Origin: Chthoniobacter flavus | Lineage (GTDB): Bacteria; Verrucomicrobiota; Verrucomicrobiia; Chthoniobacterales; JACTMZ01 | Direction: 5' to 3' | NCBI GenBank assembly: GCA_945871065.1 | Contig: CAMBUL010000005.1 | Location: 1,011 to 65,010 of the forward strand | Length of the DNA stretch: 64,000 bases | Part shown: piece after piece, positions 1-9,836 of the stretch | Layout of the letters: every line of letters begins with the position of its first letter | How positions within the stretch are numbered: the first letter of the stretch is position 1 | Position numbers and translations under genes: made by a program | The notes under the pieces: generated by a model | What the model was told of the DNA's origin: nothing | The model's input: only the letters and a program-made list of their open reading frames with translations | Database searches by the model: none

Positions 1-249
1 CTGCCCCGCCTCGATCTTCCAGCGCCCCAAATCGCAGCCGCGGTAGACCGCATCAACCTCCAACTGCCTCAGCCATAAGCCAAACAAACCAAGTCCACAA
101 CCAAGGTCCACCACCGGCCCACCGGTTCTGGCCACCACCGCCCGCCCCGCTTCGAAAACCGGATCACTCCCCAACTTTCCCCGCACATAACCGCGCAGCC
201 AACGACTTCCCCCCACCGCATCGGCAATTGTCTCGGCCACCGCGTTCAT
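1..249 (-). CDS. class I SAM-dependent methyltransferase (N-terminal part only; gene runs off the left edge)
   Basis: Not in the ORF track because there is no stop in the window. The reverse-strand ATG at 249 overlaps the stop of the upstream gene (ATGA). The translation MNAVAETIADAVGGSRWLRGYV...GGPVVDLGCGLGLFGLWL carries the motif-I glycine loop (VVDLGCGxG). Confidence 0.55.
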   Translation of the reverse strand, partial: MNAVAETIADAVGGSRWLRGYVRGKLGSDPVFEAGRAVVARTGGPVVDLGCGLGLFGLWLRQLEVDAVYRGCDLGRWKIEAGQ

Positions 250-1604
250 CGGGCACAAGCCTCCCGGATCGCCCCCGCATCCACAACCACCCCGCGCGAC
301 AAGCACGCCGCCGCCTGACCCGCCGCCTGGCCCGTCGCCATGCTTGTGCCGATCACCCGCAGCGCAGCTTGGGCCTCGTGCGTGGCAGAGAAACATCTTC
401 CGGCCAGAAAAACATTGTCCGCATCTTGCGAACGCAAGGCCCGCAAAGGAACGCCGCACGCCGCGCCATTGTCCGGATAAACCAAACGCATGGCCGCCCC
501 CGCCTCGTGCCACTCGAGGGGCCAGAACGAAAAACAAACCGTATCCTCCGGCACCACACCGGACAGCACCTCATTCGCGGTGATAACATGCCGCCCCATC
601 ACCCGCCGGCTCTCGCGGATTCCGATGCGCTCCGGCCAACTGCATCCCTCTGCCTTCTCAAAACCCGCGGCTTCCCGACGCAAGAAATCGGTCAGCATCT
701 CGGCCGACTCCCGCGCCTCCACGGTCAATCGCCGCACCTGCACCTCATCGCAAGGATCGTAGTCCCCACCCCCCGCCGCCAAATCGAGCGTGACCCGCAC
801 CATGCCATCACGACAAGTCGGCCGCACCGCCGCACCGAGCGCCCCGGCGCCGAGACGCCCGTCCCGCACCGCGGCCACGAGTAAGGCAGACCAAGCCAAC
901 CGCGCCGCCGGCGCCAAGGCCGCACTGGCCACCGGCTGGAGACCGAAAATGTAAGCCGGGCGCTGAAGTTCCTGCCGGAGAGCAGACTCGGCAGAAAGGC
1001 TCACCGCCGCAGCCAGATTACCATCGCCGGTGGCCTCCACGAAGGCCGCAGCTTCAATCGTGACCCGTCCGGCCTGCGTGGTGAGGTGCAGGGATTTCAC
1101 CCTCCTCCCCTCCACTTCGCCCCCGGTCACCCGCGCATTTCTCATCACTTCAATGGTCTTGGCTTCCGTCACCCAGTCCTCGCACAGGTGGGCAAAAGCT
1201 TCCGGTTCCTGGAGCAAGACATCGAGCCGGCCGAAACGTCGCGGACCGCAGGCCCCGCCGGACGCGACAAGCCGCCGGGCAAATTCCATGGCCAGGCCCG
1301 TTTGCAACGGCTCGGCCCCGGGGCCCGCCCCGCAGCGATAAAGTCCGCAAATACTGTGCACCTTCGCCGCCCGCACATTCCCGCCCAGACCCGCTTCGCG
1401 CTCGACGAGCAAGACCCGCGCCCCGGACCGTGAGGCCGAGACGGCCGCCGCCACCCCGGCCGGACCTCCCCCCGCCACGACCACATCGAAAGAGCGCGTC
1501 TTCACAGCATCCGCCTCCGGCCGAAGATGATCACAGTCATGGTAAAAATCGCTTGGTCCACTTAGCCTCCCGGCAGTACGCATCATGCGAACGTCGCCCT
1601 CCAC
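246..1604 (-). CDS. FAD-dependent oxidoreductase
   Basis: 452-aa ORF with an N-terminal dinucleotide fold, VVVAGGGPAGVAAAVSASRSGARVLLVEREAGLGGN. The start is uncertain (M at 1604, 1586 or 1583) because the ORF overlaps the divergent gene at 1585. Confidence 0.75.
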   Translation of the reverse strand: MEGDVRMMRTAGRLSGPSDFYHDCDHLRPEADAVKTRSFDVVVAGGGPAGVAAAVSASRSGARVLLVEREAGLGGNVRAAKVHSICGLYRCGAGPGAEPLQTGLAMEFARRLVASGGACGPRRFGRLDVLLQEPEAFAHLCEDWVTEAKTIEVMRNARVTGGEVEGRRVKSLHLTTQAGRVTIEAAAFVEATGDGNLAAAVSLSAESALRQELQRPAYIFGLQPVASAALAPAARLAWSALLVAAVRDGRLGAGALGAAVRPTCRDGMVRVTLDLAAGGGDYDPCDEVQVRRLTVEARESAEMLTDFLRREAAGFEKAEGCSWPERIGIRESRRVMGRHVITANEVLSGVVPEDTVCFSFWPLEWHEAGAAMRLVYPDNGAACGVPLRALRSQDADNVFLAGRCFSATHEAQAALRVIGTSMATGQAAGQAAACLSRGVVVDAGAIREACAR

Positions 1605-2391
1605 GATCCAGTTGGAAAATCCGGAACTGGCGCCCGCGCCGGGGCCGGTCCGCCATCACGTGCCCTATTGGCGGCAGGCCGCCGCCCACCTCTACTTCAT
1701 CGCCGCAGGTCTGCAACTCACTCTCCGTGCCGCACGGCGCGGGCGCCGCACGGCTTACGGCGAGCGGTTGCACCTCCATCGGCGTTTTGCCCGCTACATC
1801 GCGCTCCTCGAGCGCTGGGGCATTATCCAATTGGAATTCTCGGGATTCGAACAAGCCGCAGGATGGAAAGGCTCCGTCATCGCGCCGAATCATCCATCCA
1901 TCCTCGACGCCATCATCCTTTGCTCCCGCCTCCCCGGTCTCGACTGCGTGATGAACTCCCGCCTGCTCCACGATCCCGTCATGTCGGGCACCGCCCATCT
2001 CTGCGGCTTCATCCGCAACGACACCCCGCTTTCCATGGTCCGCGATACCCGCGATCGCCTTCTAGCCGGCCACAATGTCCTCATCTTCCCCGAAGGCACG
2101 CGCACCAAGGGATGCCCCGTTGGTTCCTTCCGCCACGGATTCGCCCTGGCCGCGGCTCGCGCCGGAGCGCCGGTGCGCACCATCCTGATCGAATGCGACT
2201 CCGATTATTTCGGACGCAATTTCAACTTCTTCCGTCCCGCCCCGTGCCCCATCCGCTACCGCCTGACCGCGTCGCAGGTTTTTTTCCCGCAGATTGACGA
2301 AGATGCCCGGGCAACATCCGCGGAAATCGAAGAATTCTTCCACGCCTCTTTGCTGCGCGACGAAAACGGCGTGCGGCGTCGCGCCTCATGA
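1585..2391 (+). CDS. 1-acyl-sn-glycerol-3-phosphate (lysophospholipid) acyltransferase, PlsC family
   Basis: HX4D motif (NHPSILD) and FPEGTRT motif. The stop overlaps the next start (ATGA). An alternative GTG start near 1660 is possible. Confidence 0.8.
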   Translation: MRTSPSTIQLENPELAPAPGPVRHHVPYWRQAAAHLYFIAAGLQLTLRAARRGRRTAYGERLHLHRRFARYIALLERWGIIQLEFSGFEQAAGWKGSVIAPNHPSILDAIILCSRLPGLDCVMNSRLLHDPVMSGTAHLCGFIRNDTPLSMVRDTRDRLLAGHNVLIFPEGTRTKGCPVGSFRHGFALAAARAGAPVRTILIECDSDYFGRNFNFFRPAPCPIRYRLTASQVFFPQIDEDARATSAEIEEFFHASLLRDENGVRRRAS

Positions 2392-3158
2392 TGCCCGATC
2401 CGCACCGCGGGGTCATCATCCCCAGCTACAACTCCGGACCGCTGCTCGAAAGCACGGTGCGCGCGGTGCTCGAGACTTGGCGCCCGGTCGTGGTGGTGGT
2501 GGACGGCTCGACGGATGGCAGCGAGCAAAGGATTCGCGACCTGGCTGCGCGGCAAAAGGACCTCCGTGTCATCTCCCATCCGGTGAACAAGGGGAAAGGC
2601 GCCGCCGTTTTGACCGGCTTGGAATTCGCACAGTCGGAAGGCTGGACCCACGCCGCCGTCTTTGATGCCGATGGACAACATGAAACCTCCGACCTGCCCG
2701 GTTTTATGGAGGCATCCCGCCTGCACCCTCAGGCCATGATTCTCGGACGCCCCGTGTTCGGTCCCGACGCTCCAACCGTGCGGGTGGTCGGCCGCCGCGC
2801 CGGCAATTGGTTCGCCAACCTCGAGACCTGGTGGGGTGGCATCGATGACTCCCTCTTCGGTCTGCGCGTTTACCCCGTCGGTCCGGCTCTGGAAACTTTG
2901 CGTTCGATCCGGGGCGGACGACGGTTCGATTTCGACACCCAACTCGCCGTGCGACTTTATTGGCGCGGTGTGCCGCCGATGAACCTGCCCACCCGCGTGC
3001 ATTATCATGCCGCCAACCTCGGCGGGATTAGCCACTTCGACTACCTGCGCGACAACCTCCTCCTCGCCCGCGCGCATGCCGGACTCCTTCTCCAGTCGTT
3101 TTTACTCGCCCCGCGGCTTGCCCGCTACCGCCCGCGCCGCCCACTCGTCGCCCCATGA
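2388..3158 (+). CDS. glycosyltransferase family 2
   Basis: GVIIPSYNSGPLL, VVVVDGSTDGS and DAD (FDADGQH) motifs. Start and stop overlap on both sides by 4 nt. Confidence 0.8.
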   Translation: MMPDPHRGVIIPSYNSGPLLESTVRAVLETWRPVVVVVDGSTDGSEQRIRDLAARQKDLRVISHPVNKGKGAAVLTGLEFAQSEGWTHAAVFDADGQHETSDLPGFMEASRLHPQAMILGRPVFGPDAPTVRVVGRRAGNWFANLETWWGGIDDSLFGLRVYPVGPALETLRSIRGGRRFDFDTQLAVRLYWRGVPPMNLPTRVHYHAANLGGISHFDYLRDNLLLARAHAGLLLQSFLLAPRLARYRPRRPLVAP

Positions 3159-3928
3159 AGGCGGAACTCCGGCGTCGCCTCGGCTTCACGCTTTCCGGCC
3201 TTTGCGCCGCAGGTGCGGCTGTTCACGCCCTCCGCGGGAATCCGGCCCGCGCCCATCGCTGGGGCATGCTCGCCACCGCAGCTTTTCTTGGCCCGACCCT
3301 CATTCCGAACTGTCCTTGGAATGGACCCGTCCTCCGGCATTTGCGCACCCGCGAGCGTGAAGTCTGGCTGACTATCGATGACGGACCCGACCCGCAAGAC
3401 ACCCCGGAAATTCTCGACGTGCTCGCCCGTCATGACGCTCGTGCCAGCTTCTTCGCCATCGGCCACAAAGTGTGGCGCTACCCCGCAGCGGCCCGCGCGG
3501 TGGTTGCGGCCGGTCACGAGCTGCACAACCACACATGGTCGCACCCCGCCGGTTCATTCTGGGCCGCCTCGCCTTCTTGCGCCCGCCACGAGATGAGCGC
3601 CGCAAGCAACGCCATCCGCCAAGTCACCGCGCAAAATCCGCGCTTTTTCCGCGCCCCGGCCGGATTGGCCAATCCATTCGTCCATACCGCGGCGGCAAAA
3701 GCCGGCCTCCGCGTTGTCGGATGGTCCGCGCGCGGTTTCGATGGCGTGCCGCACGAACCGGATGTCGTGGTGGACCGCATTGTCCGACGCCTCCACGCCG
3801 GAGCGATCATCCTCCTCCATGAAGGCCCCGTTTCCGGACTCCGGCCCGGCACCCGCGCCCGCACCCTTGAACGCCTGCTTGGCAAATTATCCGCCCTCGG
3901 CTATGGCACCGCCTGCCCGTCTGCCTGA
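3155..3928 (+). CDS. polysaccharide deacetylase (NodB homology domain)
   Basis: LTIDDGPDP and HNHTWSHP metal-binding motifs, preceded by an N-terminal hydrophobic segment. Confidence 0.8.
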   Translation: MKAELRRRLGFTLSGLCAAGAAVHALRGNPARAHRWGMLATAAFLGPTLIPNCPWNGPVLRHLRTREREVWLTIDDGPDPQDTPEILDVLARHDARASFFAIGHKVWRYPAAARAVVAAGHELHNHTWSHPAGSFWAASPSCARHEMSAASNAIRQVTAQNPRFFRAPAGLANPFVHTAAAKAGLRVVGWSARGFDGVPHEPDVVVDRIVRRLHAGAIILLHEGPVSGLRPGTRARTLERLLGKLSALGYGTACPSA

Positions 3929-3979
3929 CCAGCACGGCCTTTACTTGACCACTGAAATTCCTAAATTGGGAATCTCGCG

Positions 3980-4249
3980 ATGGCTGAAGTAACAATTGAC
4001 CTTCTCAAAGAACTGCTGGTGGAAAACTGCATGGTTAAAGTCGACCCGGAGACCATCCAAGCGGACACTCCGCTTTTCGGGCCGGAAAGCATCGGGCTCG
4101 ACTCACTCGATGCCCTGCAAATGGCCATCGCGGTTGAAAAACAATACGGGCTCGCCATCGGCGACCCCGCCACAGCCCGCGACGCCCTGCAGAGCCTCGG
4201 CGTCCTCCACGGCTGGATCACCCAGCGGCTCGCCGCCCAGGCCTCATGA
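3980..4249 (+). CDS. acyl carrier protein
   Basis: 89 aa with the phosphopantetheine site GLDSLDALQMAIAVE. Confidence 0.85.
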   Translation: MAEVTIDLLKELLVENCMVKVDPETIQADTPLFGPESIGLDSLDALQMAIAVEKQYGLAIGDPATARDALQSLGVLHGWITQRLAAQAS

Positions 4250-5514
4250 CTCCGCACCGTCAGTCCTACGATGTCGCCATCATCGGCGGTGGCCCGGCCG
4301 GCAGCGCCGCCGGCACCAGACTCGCGCGCGCCGGGCTCCGCGTCACCATTCTCGAAAAGGCAAAATTCCCCCGCTTCTGCGTCGGCGAATCCCTCCTGCC
4401 GCACGGCAATGACCTGCTCAAGGAAATCGGCGTCTGGGACAAACTCGAGCAAGCCGGCTTTCTCCGCAAATACGGCGCGGAATTCAGCACACCCGACGGC
4501 GAACGGCAAAACCGCCTCTGGTTCGGCGAGAACCTCGCCCCGCAGCACGAATACACCTACCAAGTGGAACGCGCCTCTTTCGACCAACTCCTTCTTGAGC
4601 ACGCGCGTGAAAACGGCTGCACCGTGCAGGAGGAAACGCGCGTCACGGCACTGCACGATGCACCCGGCGCGCCGATCACTCTCCACGCCGAAGGACCGGC
4701 GGGACGGACCGAGCTGACCGCTCGTTGGGTCGTCGATGCCAGCGGGCGCTGTGCCTTCGCCGGTTCCCGGGCAGGACTGCGCCGTCGCGGCACGCAAAAA
4801 GTCCGCCGCGTCGCCATCTACGCACATTTTGCAGGCGCCACCCGCCACGAAGGCAAAGCCGAAGGTCATATCACCATCATCCGCACCGCCGGCGGATGGT
4901 TCTGGCTCATTCCTCTGGCCGGTGACCGGATGTCCGTCGGCCTCGTTCTCCCCGCCGGAGAAGTCAAAGGGGAAGGCGATTATAATGACCTCTTCGCTGC
5001 CGCCGTGGCCGCCGCACCCGCTGTCGCCCAACGTCTGGACTCCGCCCGACGCATCACTCCGCTGCGCGCCACCGGCGACTACAGCTGGAAGTTTTCTTCC
5101 TTCGCCACGCGGCGCGTCTTGCTCACCGGGGACGCCGCCGGTTTCGTTGATCCCATCTTTTCCTCCGGAGTCATGCTCGCCCTGCAGTCCGGTCTCCGCG
5201 CGGCCGACCTCCTGGTCAAAGCCGACCGTTGCGGCCGCTCCCTGCGGCCTTGGGAGCGGTGGGCTTATACCCGGAGCGTCACCGGATGGATGAACCGCTA
5301 TGCCCGGCTCATCCGCTCCTTCTACGACCGGGCGGGTTTCGAAGTTTTCATGAGCCCGCAACCCGTCCTGCAACTGCCCCGCAGCGTGGCGCGCCTCGTA
5401 GGCGGGCAGACCGATCCCGGCCTGGCCGACCGTCTCCGCCTCCGTCTCTTCGACACCGTCTGCCGCCTGCAACGCCGCCTCAACATCGCCCCGCCTATCC
5501 CTTCGCTGCGCTGA
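4246..5514 (+). CDS. flavin-dependent halogenase
   Basis: Three motifs are present: GxGxxG (IIGGGPAGSAAG), the Lys-containing KFPRFCVGESLLP, and WxWxIP (GGWFWLIPL). This is the motif set of FADH2-dependent halogenases. Confidence 0.75.
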   Translation: MTPHRQSYDVAIIGGGPAGSAAGTRLARAGLRVTILEKAKFPRFCVGESLLPHGNDLLKEIGVWDKLEQAGFLRKYGAEFSTPDGERQNRLWFGENLAPQHEYTYQVERASFDQLLLEHARENGCTVQEETRVTALHDAPGAPITLHAEGPAGRTELTARWVVDASGRCAFAGSRAGLRRRGTQKVRRVAIYAHFAGATRHEGKAEGHITIIRTAGGWFWLIPLAGDRMSVGLVLPAGEVKGEGDYNDLFAAAVAAAPAVAQRLDSARRITPLRATGDYSWKFSSFATRRVLLTGDAAGFVDPIFSSGVMLALQSGLRAADLLVKADRCGRSLRPWERWAYTRSVTGWMNRYARLIRSFYDRAGFEVFMSPQPVLQLPRSVARLVGGQTDPGLADRLRLRLFDTVCRLQRRLNIAPPIPSLR

Positions 5515-5580
5515 CCGGGCCTTCGGCGCCGCCACTCACGCCAGTTTCCAAGTCCAGTCTCCCGTCTCCCGACCCGCTCC

Positions 5581-8500
5581 ATGGCTCTCCTCCGCTCCCT
5601 GCCGGGCACGCTTTTTCTCGTTGCCGTGGCCGGAGCTGGCCTCTGGGCCGCCCTCACCATCCGCTTCGAAACGGAACTGCTCCCCGCCCTTCCCCCGGAA
5701 CTGCCGAGCGTGCGCGGCCTCGCAGCTTTCACCCGCTTGGCCGCCGGCGAAAACGAGGTCTTTGCCGTAGCCGACCCTCGTCTGCCGCTGGAGGAACGCA
5801 CCCGCTTGCTGGCCGCCACCCGTGCCGCCTTGACCGCCCTGCCCTCCGTCGCCTCCATCACCACCCCGGCGGAACAATTCGAAACCCAGTCCGGCACCCT
5901 CGCCGCTTGGCTTCTGCTCCAAGCAGACTCATCCGTCCTCGCCGGTGTCAACGCCTCGCTGGCGCCCACCGCGGTGGCACAAAGTCTGCAGAGCCTCCCT
6001 GCACAGCTGGCCGGAGCCATCGATCCCTTCGCCATCGTCAGCTTGCAACTCGATCCGCTCGGTCTCCTGCCCGCGACAATCGATCCGCCTGACCAGCCCG
6101 CTCCCGCTTTTCTTGTCATAACGCCTTCGTCACCGCTCGCGGACAGTGCCGCCGATGACGCCTTCATCACCGCCTTGCGTGGCGCCATGCCCGCTGACTC
6201 CTGCGGAAAAGTTTTACTCACCGGACGCCCGGTTTTCAACGCCGACATCTCCCGCCAAATGCGGGGCGACATCATCCTTATGGTGGTCGCCGCGGTCTTC
6301 CTGCTGGCTGTCGCCTTCTGGATTTTCTACCGCACGCTGCGCCCGCTCGGATGGATCATGTTCCTCCAATTGTTCGCCCTACTGGCCGGGCTCGTCGCGG
6401 CCCGTGTCTTTTTCGGCAGCCTCAATGTTATCAGCATCGGATTTGCCTCCATCCTCCTCGGCGTCGGCATGGACTACAGCATTCTGGTTTACCACCACTT
6501 CGGCTCGCCGCATCGCGATGATCAGTCCGTCTGGCGCACCTTGCGACGCGCCATTTGGTTCAGCGCGCTCATCACGGCCGCCGCATTCTACTTTCTCGCC
6601 CTCACCTCGTTCCCCGCGCTGCAGCAACTCGGCGTCCTCGTCGGCACCGGGCTCCTCGTTTCAGCCCTCCTCGCTACATGGCAGCTGCAGATCATCCTTT
6701 CCGCCCGCCCCCCGCACGCCCCACCGATTCTCTTCCGTGCCAGCCGCAGCACTGCCGGATTGGTCGAGCGCCACCGCGGCCTGCTCGCCGGCGGGGCGGT
6801 CTTCCTCGCGCTTACCATCCTTTGGCTGCAACCTTGGTCGTCCTCCTCCGGATTTTACCAACCCGGACTCGACCGCCTCCGCCCCGTCGGCAGCGATGCT
6901 TACACCGCCCAAGAGTGGCTGCAGGAACTTGATCCCGCCGCCAACGATGCGGTCTATGTGCTGCGGGGGGAAAATCATGACGTCGTCCGCGGCGCCGCGG
7001 CCTCCATGGCGGCGCGATTCCCGGACACCGATCCCGCTGCCCTTCTCGCCCGCATCCCCTCGGAATCACAACGTGTAGCGAACCTGCAGGCCTGGAACCC
7101 GGACACCACAACACGTCTGGCCGAAGCCTTCCAGCTTGCCGGTCTCGGTCCCGAATGGTCCGGCCCCACGCTGCAATTCACCACCGCGCTCGACGCCGCG
7201 GCGCGCGGGGACGACCGCGCCTTTGCCGCTCTCCATCCCCTACTCCGCACCACTGCGGGAAAGGATGCTGACGGAGCCTACGCCGTCATCCGCATCCCCG
7301 CCGCGGCCACCACCCCGGTGCCGGAAGATGGTTGGAACATCGCTGACGCTGAAATCCTGCCGGTCAGTTGGATCTCGCTCACTAGGGAAATCACCACCCT
7401 CGCGCAGCACGACTTTTACCGGCTCAGCATCGCCATGCTTGCGGCCATCGTTCTGCTCTGCGCCTTGGCCCAGCGATCCCTCCGCATGGTCGCGCTCAAC
7501 CTGCTCGCCATCGTTCTCTCCGCCACCCTCTTTCTCTGGTTGCTGCGGCTGACCGGCACCTCCCTCAGTCCACTCTCTCTCATCAGCCTGCCCCTGCTGG
7601 TCGGACTCGTCGTCGACTACAGCCTGCACGTCCTCATGGCGCTGAAAAACCAACGCGGCGACCTGGTCAAAACCTACGATCATCTCGCTGCCCCCATCCT
7701 GCTCACCGGCATCAGTGCCTGCATCGGCTTCGGTGCGCCCGCCCTGACCGGACAGCCTGCCCTGCAAAATTTCGGTTTGGTCATGGACTTCGGCATCATC
7801 GCAGCTGTTGTCGCCTGTCTGGCTTTGTTGCCGGTATTTTTCCCCCGCGGCACCAACCGCGATTATCGCGATCACGGATTCTACCGGTTTTTCTACCGCA
7901 AACGCGGATTCGAATGGATTCTTCTCGGTTGGAGATTCCTCGGACGCCGCGGCGCGTGGCTCATTTCGCGGACGCTCGGACTTTTTTACGCCTTGACCCA
8001 TCCCGCCACTGTGCGCGCCGTGCGCGACAATCTTGCCATGCTCGATCCGGCTCAGGCCGGCTTTGCCTCCGCCTGCCGCCTCTTCATGAATCAATCGGAA
8101 AATTTTTCCACCTACGGCCGTCTCTCCACGCGCCCAACCTCGGAGGTGGTCGACATGCTGGGTTTCCGTCAGGGCTTCGAGCACCTGCAGCGGGCACGTG
8201 ATGGCGGCCAAGGCTGTCTGCTCGTCACCGGGCATCTTGGTTTTTTCGAACTGGGCGGACTCGTCATGGCCCAACTCGGCTTTCCCATGACCGCCCTCAC
8301 CCTGCCGGAACCTTCGACCGCGTTGACCGAATGGCGCGCCGACTTCCGCGCGCGCTGGGGCGTCGAAACCATCGTGGTCGGCAATGATTCGTTCTCCGTC
8401 CTCGACATCGTGCGCTCTTTGCAAAACGGCGCCTTTGTCGCCTCACTGGCCGACCGTCCCTACGATGGCAACAGCGTGGCCGTTGACCTGCCGCACGGAC

Positions 8501-8754
8501 GCATCCGCTTCTCCACCGGCCCCGTCTTGCTCGCCCTGCTCGCCGGCTGCCCGATTGTTCCCGTCGGCATCACCCGCCAACCCGACGGTCTTTACCACAT
8601 TGAAGCGCGTGCCTACATCGAACCGCATTGGCAACCCGAAGGCCGCACCGCCACCCTCGAGCTCTACACGCGCGAGGTGGCAGCCGCGCTCGTTCCTCTC
8701 TTTGCCGCCTACCCCGAGCAGTGGTATCACTTCACTTCCTTGCGCTGCGAATAA
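5581..8754 (+). CDS. MMPL/RND-type exporter fused to a C-terminal LpxL/HtrB-type (lipid A biosynthesis-like) acyltransferase
   Basis: 1057 aa with two MMPL half-repeats (GVGMDYSILVYHHF and GLVVDYSLHVLMAL) and many TM segments. From about residue 770 (nt ~7890) there is an LpxL-like domain (LTHPATVRAVRDNLAML; LLVTGHLGFFELGG = HX4E). Confidence 0.75.
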   Translation: MALLRSLPGTLFLVAVAGAGLWAALTIRFETELLPALPPELPSVRGLAAFTRLAAGENEVFAVADPRLPLEERTRLLAATRAALTALPSVASITTPAEQFETQSGTLAAWLLLQADSSVLAGVNASLAPTAVAQSLQSLPAQLAGAIDPFAIVSLQLDPLGLLPATIDPPDQPAPAFLVITPSSPLADSAADDAFITALRGAMPADSCGKVLLTGRPVFNADISRQMRGDIILMVVAAVFLLAVAFWIFYRTLRPLGWIMFLQLFALLAGLVAARVFFGSLNVISIGFASILLGVGMDYSILVYHHFGSPHRDDQSVWRTLRRAIWFSALITAAAFYFLALTSFPALQQLGVLVGTGLLVSALLATWQLQIILSARPPHAPPILFRASRSTAGLVERHRGLLAGGAVFLALTILWLQPWSSSSGFYQPGLDRLRPVGSDAYTAQEWLQELDPAANDAVYVLRGENHDVVRGAAASMAARFPDTDPAALLARIPSESQRVANLQAWNPDTTTRLAEAFQLAGLGPEWSGPTLQFTTALDAAARGDDRAFAALHPLLRTTAGKDADGAYAVIRIPAAATTPVPEDGWNIADAEILPVSWISLTREITTLAQHDFYRLSIAMLAAIVLLCALAQRSLRMVALNLLAIVLSATLFLWLLRLTGTSLSPLSLISLPLLVGLVVDYSLHVLMALKNQRGDLVKTYDHLAAPILLTGISACIGFGAPALTGQPALQNFGLVMDFGIIAAVVACLALLPVFFPRGTNRDYRDHGFYRFFYRKRGFEWILLGWRFLGRRGAWLISRTLGLFYALTHPATVRAVRDNLAMLDPAQAGFASACRLFMNQSENFSTYGRLSTRPTSEVVDMLGFRQGFEHLQRARDGGQGCLLVTGHLGFFELGGLVMAQLGFPMTALTLPEPSTALTEWRADFRARWGVETIVVGNDSFSVLDIVRSLQNGAFVASLADRPYDGNSVAVDLPHGRIRFSTGPVLLALLAGCPIVPVGITRQPDGLYHIEARAYIEPHWQPEGRTATLELYTREVAAALVPLFAAYPEQWYHFTSLRCE

Positions 8755-8755
8755 C

Positions 8756-9373
8756 ATGAATCCCGCCGGAATCTTTCTTCTTTTTGCCGTATTAAGCGCA
8801 ACCGGTCTGGCCAGCGACCTTGCACCGTCCGACACGGTCGTTTTGGAAAAACGCTTTTTCGCCGCCCAGCAAAAAACCCGCACCCTCGAGGCCGCCTTCA
8901 CCCAGACTATCTCGGCGCCCGGTCTCGCAAGTCCCACCATCAGCCGCGGACAGCTTTTTTACCGTGGACCTGACGACCTTCGCATTTCTTATCAAGTCCC
9001 GCCCGGGGAACTCATGCAACTCGACGCCGGAACCTTCACCACCATCCGCACGGGCCGCGCTCCCCTTGCTCGCCCGGCCGGTCATCCCTCCGCCCGGGCG
9101 CTCGGAGCCCTGCGCGACATCCTGCGCGGGACTCGCCCGCCGGGGGATATGCAAGTGTCCGTCACACGTCAGGCTGGGAACTACCTCGTCGTCCTTGTTC
9201 CCTCAACCCCGAGCAACTTCCAACCAGAACGGATCGAGAACACGATCGATGCAGACACCATGCAACTCCGCTCCATGAGCCTGACCTTGCCGCACGGCAC
9301 CGTCATGCGGTTCGATTTTTCCGCGGTCCGACGCAACCATGTTTTGCCCGCCGCCACTTTCCGTCTTCCATGA
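8756..9373 (+). CDS. LolA-like outer-membrane lipoprotein carrier protein
   Basis: An internal ATG at 8756, one nt after the exporter stop, gives a signal peptide (MNPAGIFLLFAVLSATGLASD). Size (~205 aa) and position next to the MMPL exporter match the LolA-like partner of APE-type clusters. The call is weak on motifs alone. Confidence 0.5.
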   Translation: MNPAGIFLLFAVLSATGLASDLAPSDTVVLEKRFFAAQQKTRTLEAAFTQTISAPGLASPTISRGQLFYRGPDDLRISYQVPPGELMQLDAGTFTTIRTGRAPLARPAGHPSARALGALRDILRGTRPPGDMQVSVTRQAGNYLVVLVPSTPSNFQPERIENTIDADTMQLRSMSLTLPHGTVMRFDFSAVRRNHVLPAATFRLP

Positions 9374-9786
9374 ACATACCGCTCACCCCGCACGGACCAG
9401 GCTTCCGGTTCATCGACCGCTTCGTGAAACATGATGCCACCAGCGGCACGGGTTGGAAAACCCTCGACCCCGACTTGCCGTTTTTCGCCGACCATTTTCC
9501 CGGACGCCCCCTCATGCCTGCCGTGCTCCTTGTCGAGTGCGCCGCCCAAGCCGCCGGCGTTCTCTGGATGCAGGATTCCGCGCAACCCGAGACGCCGCTT
9601 TTCCTCGCCGGCATCGACCAATTCCGTGTCCTCGGGCCCGTCGCACCCGGGGAGACCCTTGAAACACACATCACCTTGGTCAAGGAACTCGGCGCTCTCG
9701 CCCAATTCGAAGCCGAGTCCCGCGTGGCCGATCGCCCCGTAGCCCGCGGACGATTCATGATGAGTCGGCAATTGGCCGGCGCGTGA
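9370..9786 (+). CDS. 3-hydroxyacyl-ACP dehydratase (FabZ/FabA-like hotdog)
   Basis: FFADHFPGRPLMPAVLLVECAAQAAG active-site region; 4-nt overlap with the upstream gene. Confidence 0.75.
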   Translation: MNIPLTPHGPGFRFIDRFVKHDATSGTGWKTLDPDLPFFADHFPGRPLMPAVLLVECAAQAAGVLWMQDSAQPETPLFLAGIDQFRVLGPVAPGETLETHITLVKELGALAQFEAESRVADRPVARGRFMMSRQLAGA

Positions 9787-9836
9787 GCAAGAGAAAATGC
9801 CTCCTCATCGCCCCTGCGGTGGGTTGAAATAAAGAA

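Noticed and set aside
3961-5535. Very long antisense or alternative-frame ORFs, e.g. 3961-5535(-) 524 aa, 7240-8424(-), 28556-29803(-), 19469-20668(-), 16871-18067(+), 41821-43200(+).
   Set aside because: They overlap genes with clear family motifs on the other strand or frame. Their translations are Arg/Gly/Pro/Ala-rich low-complexity sequences with no recognisable motifs. These are typical shadow ORFs of stop-codon-poor GC-rich DNA.
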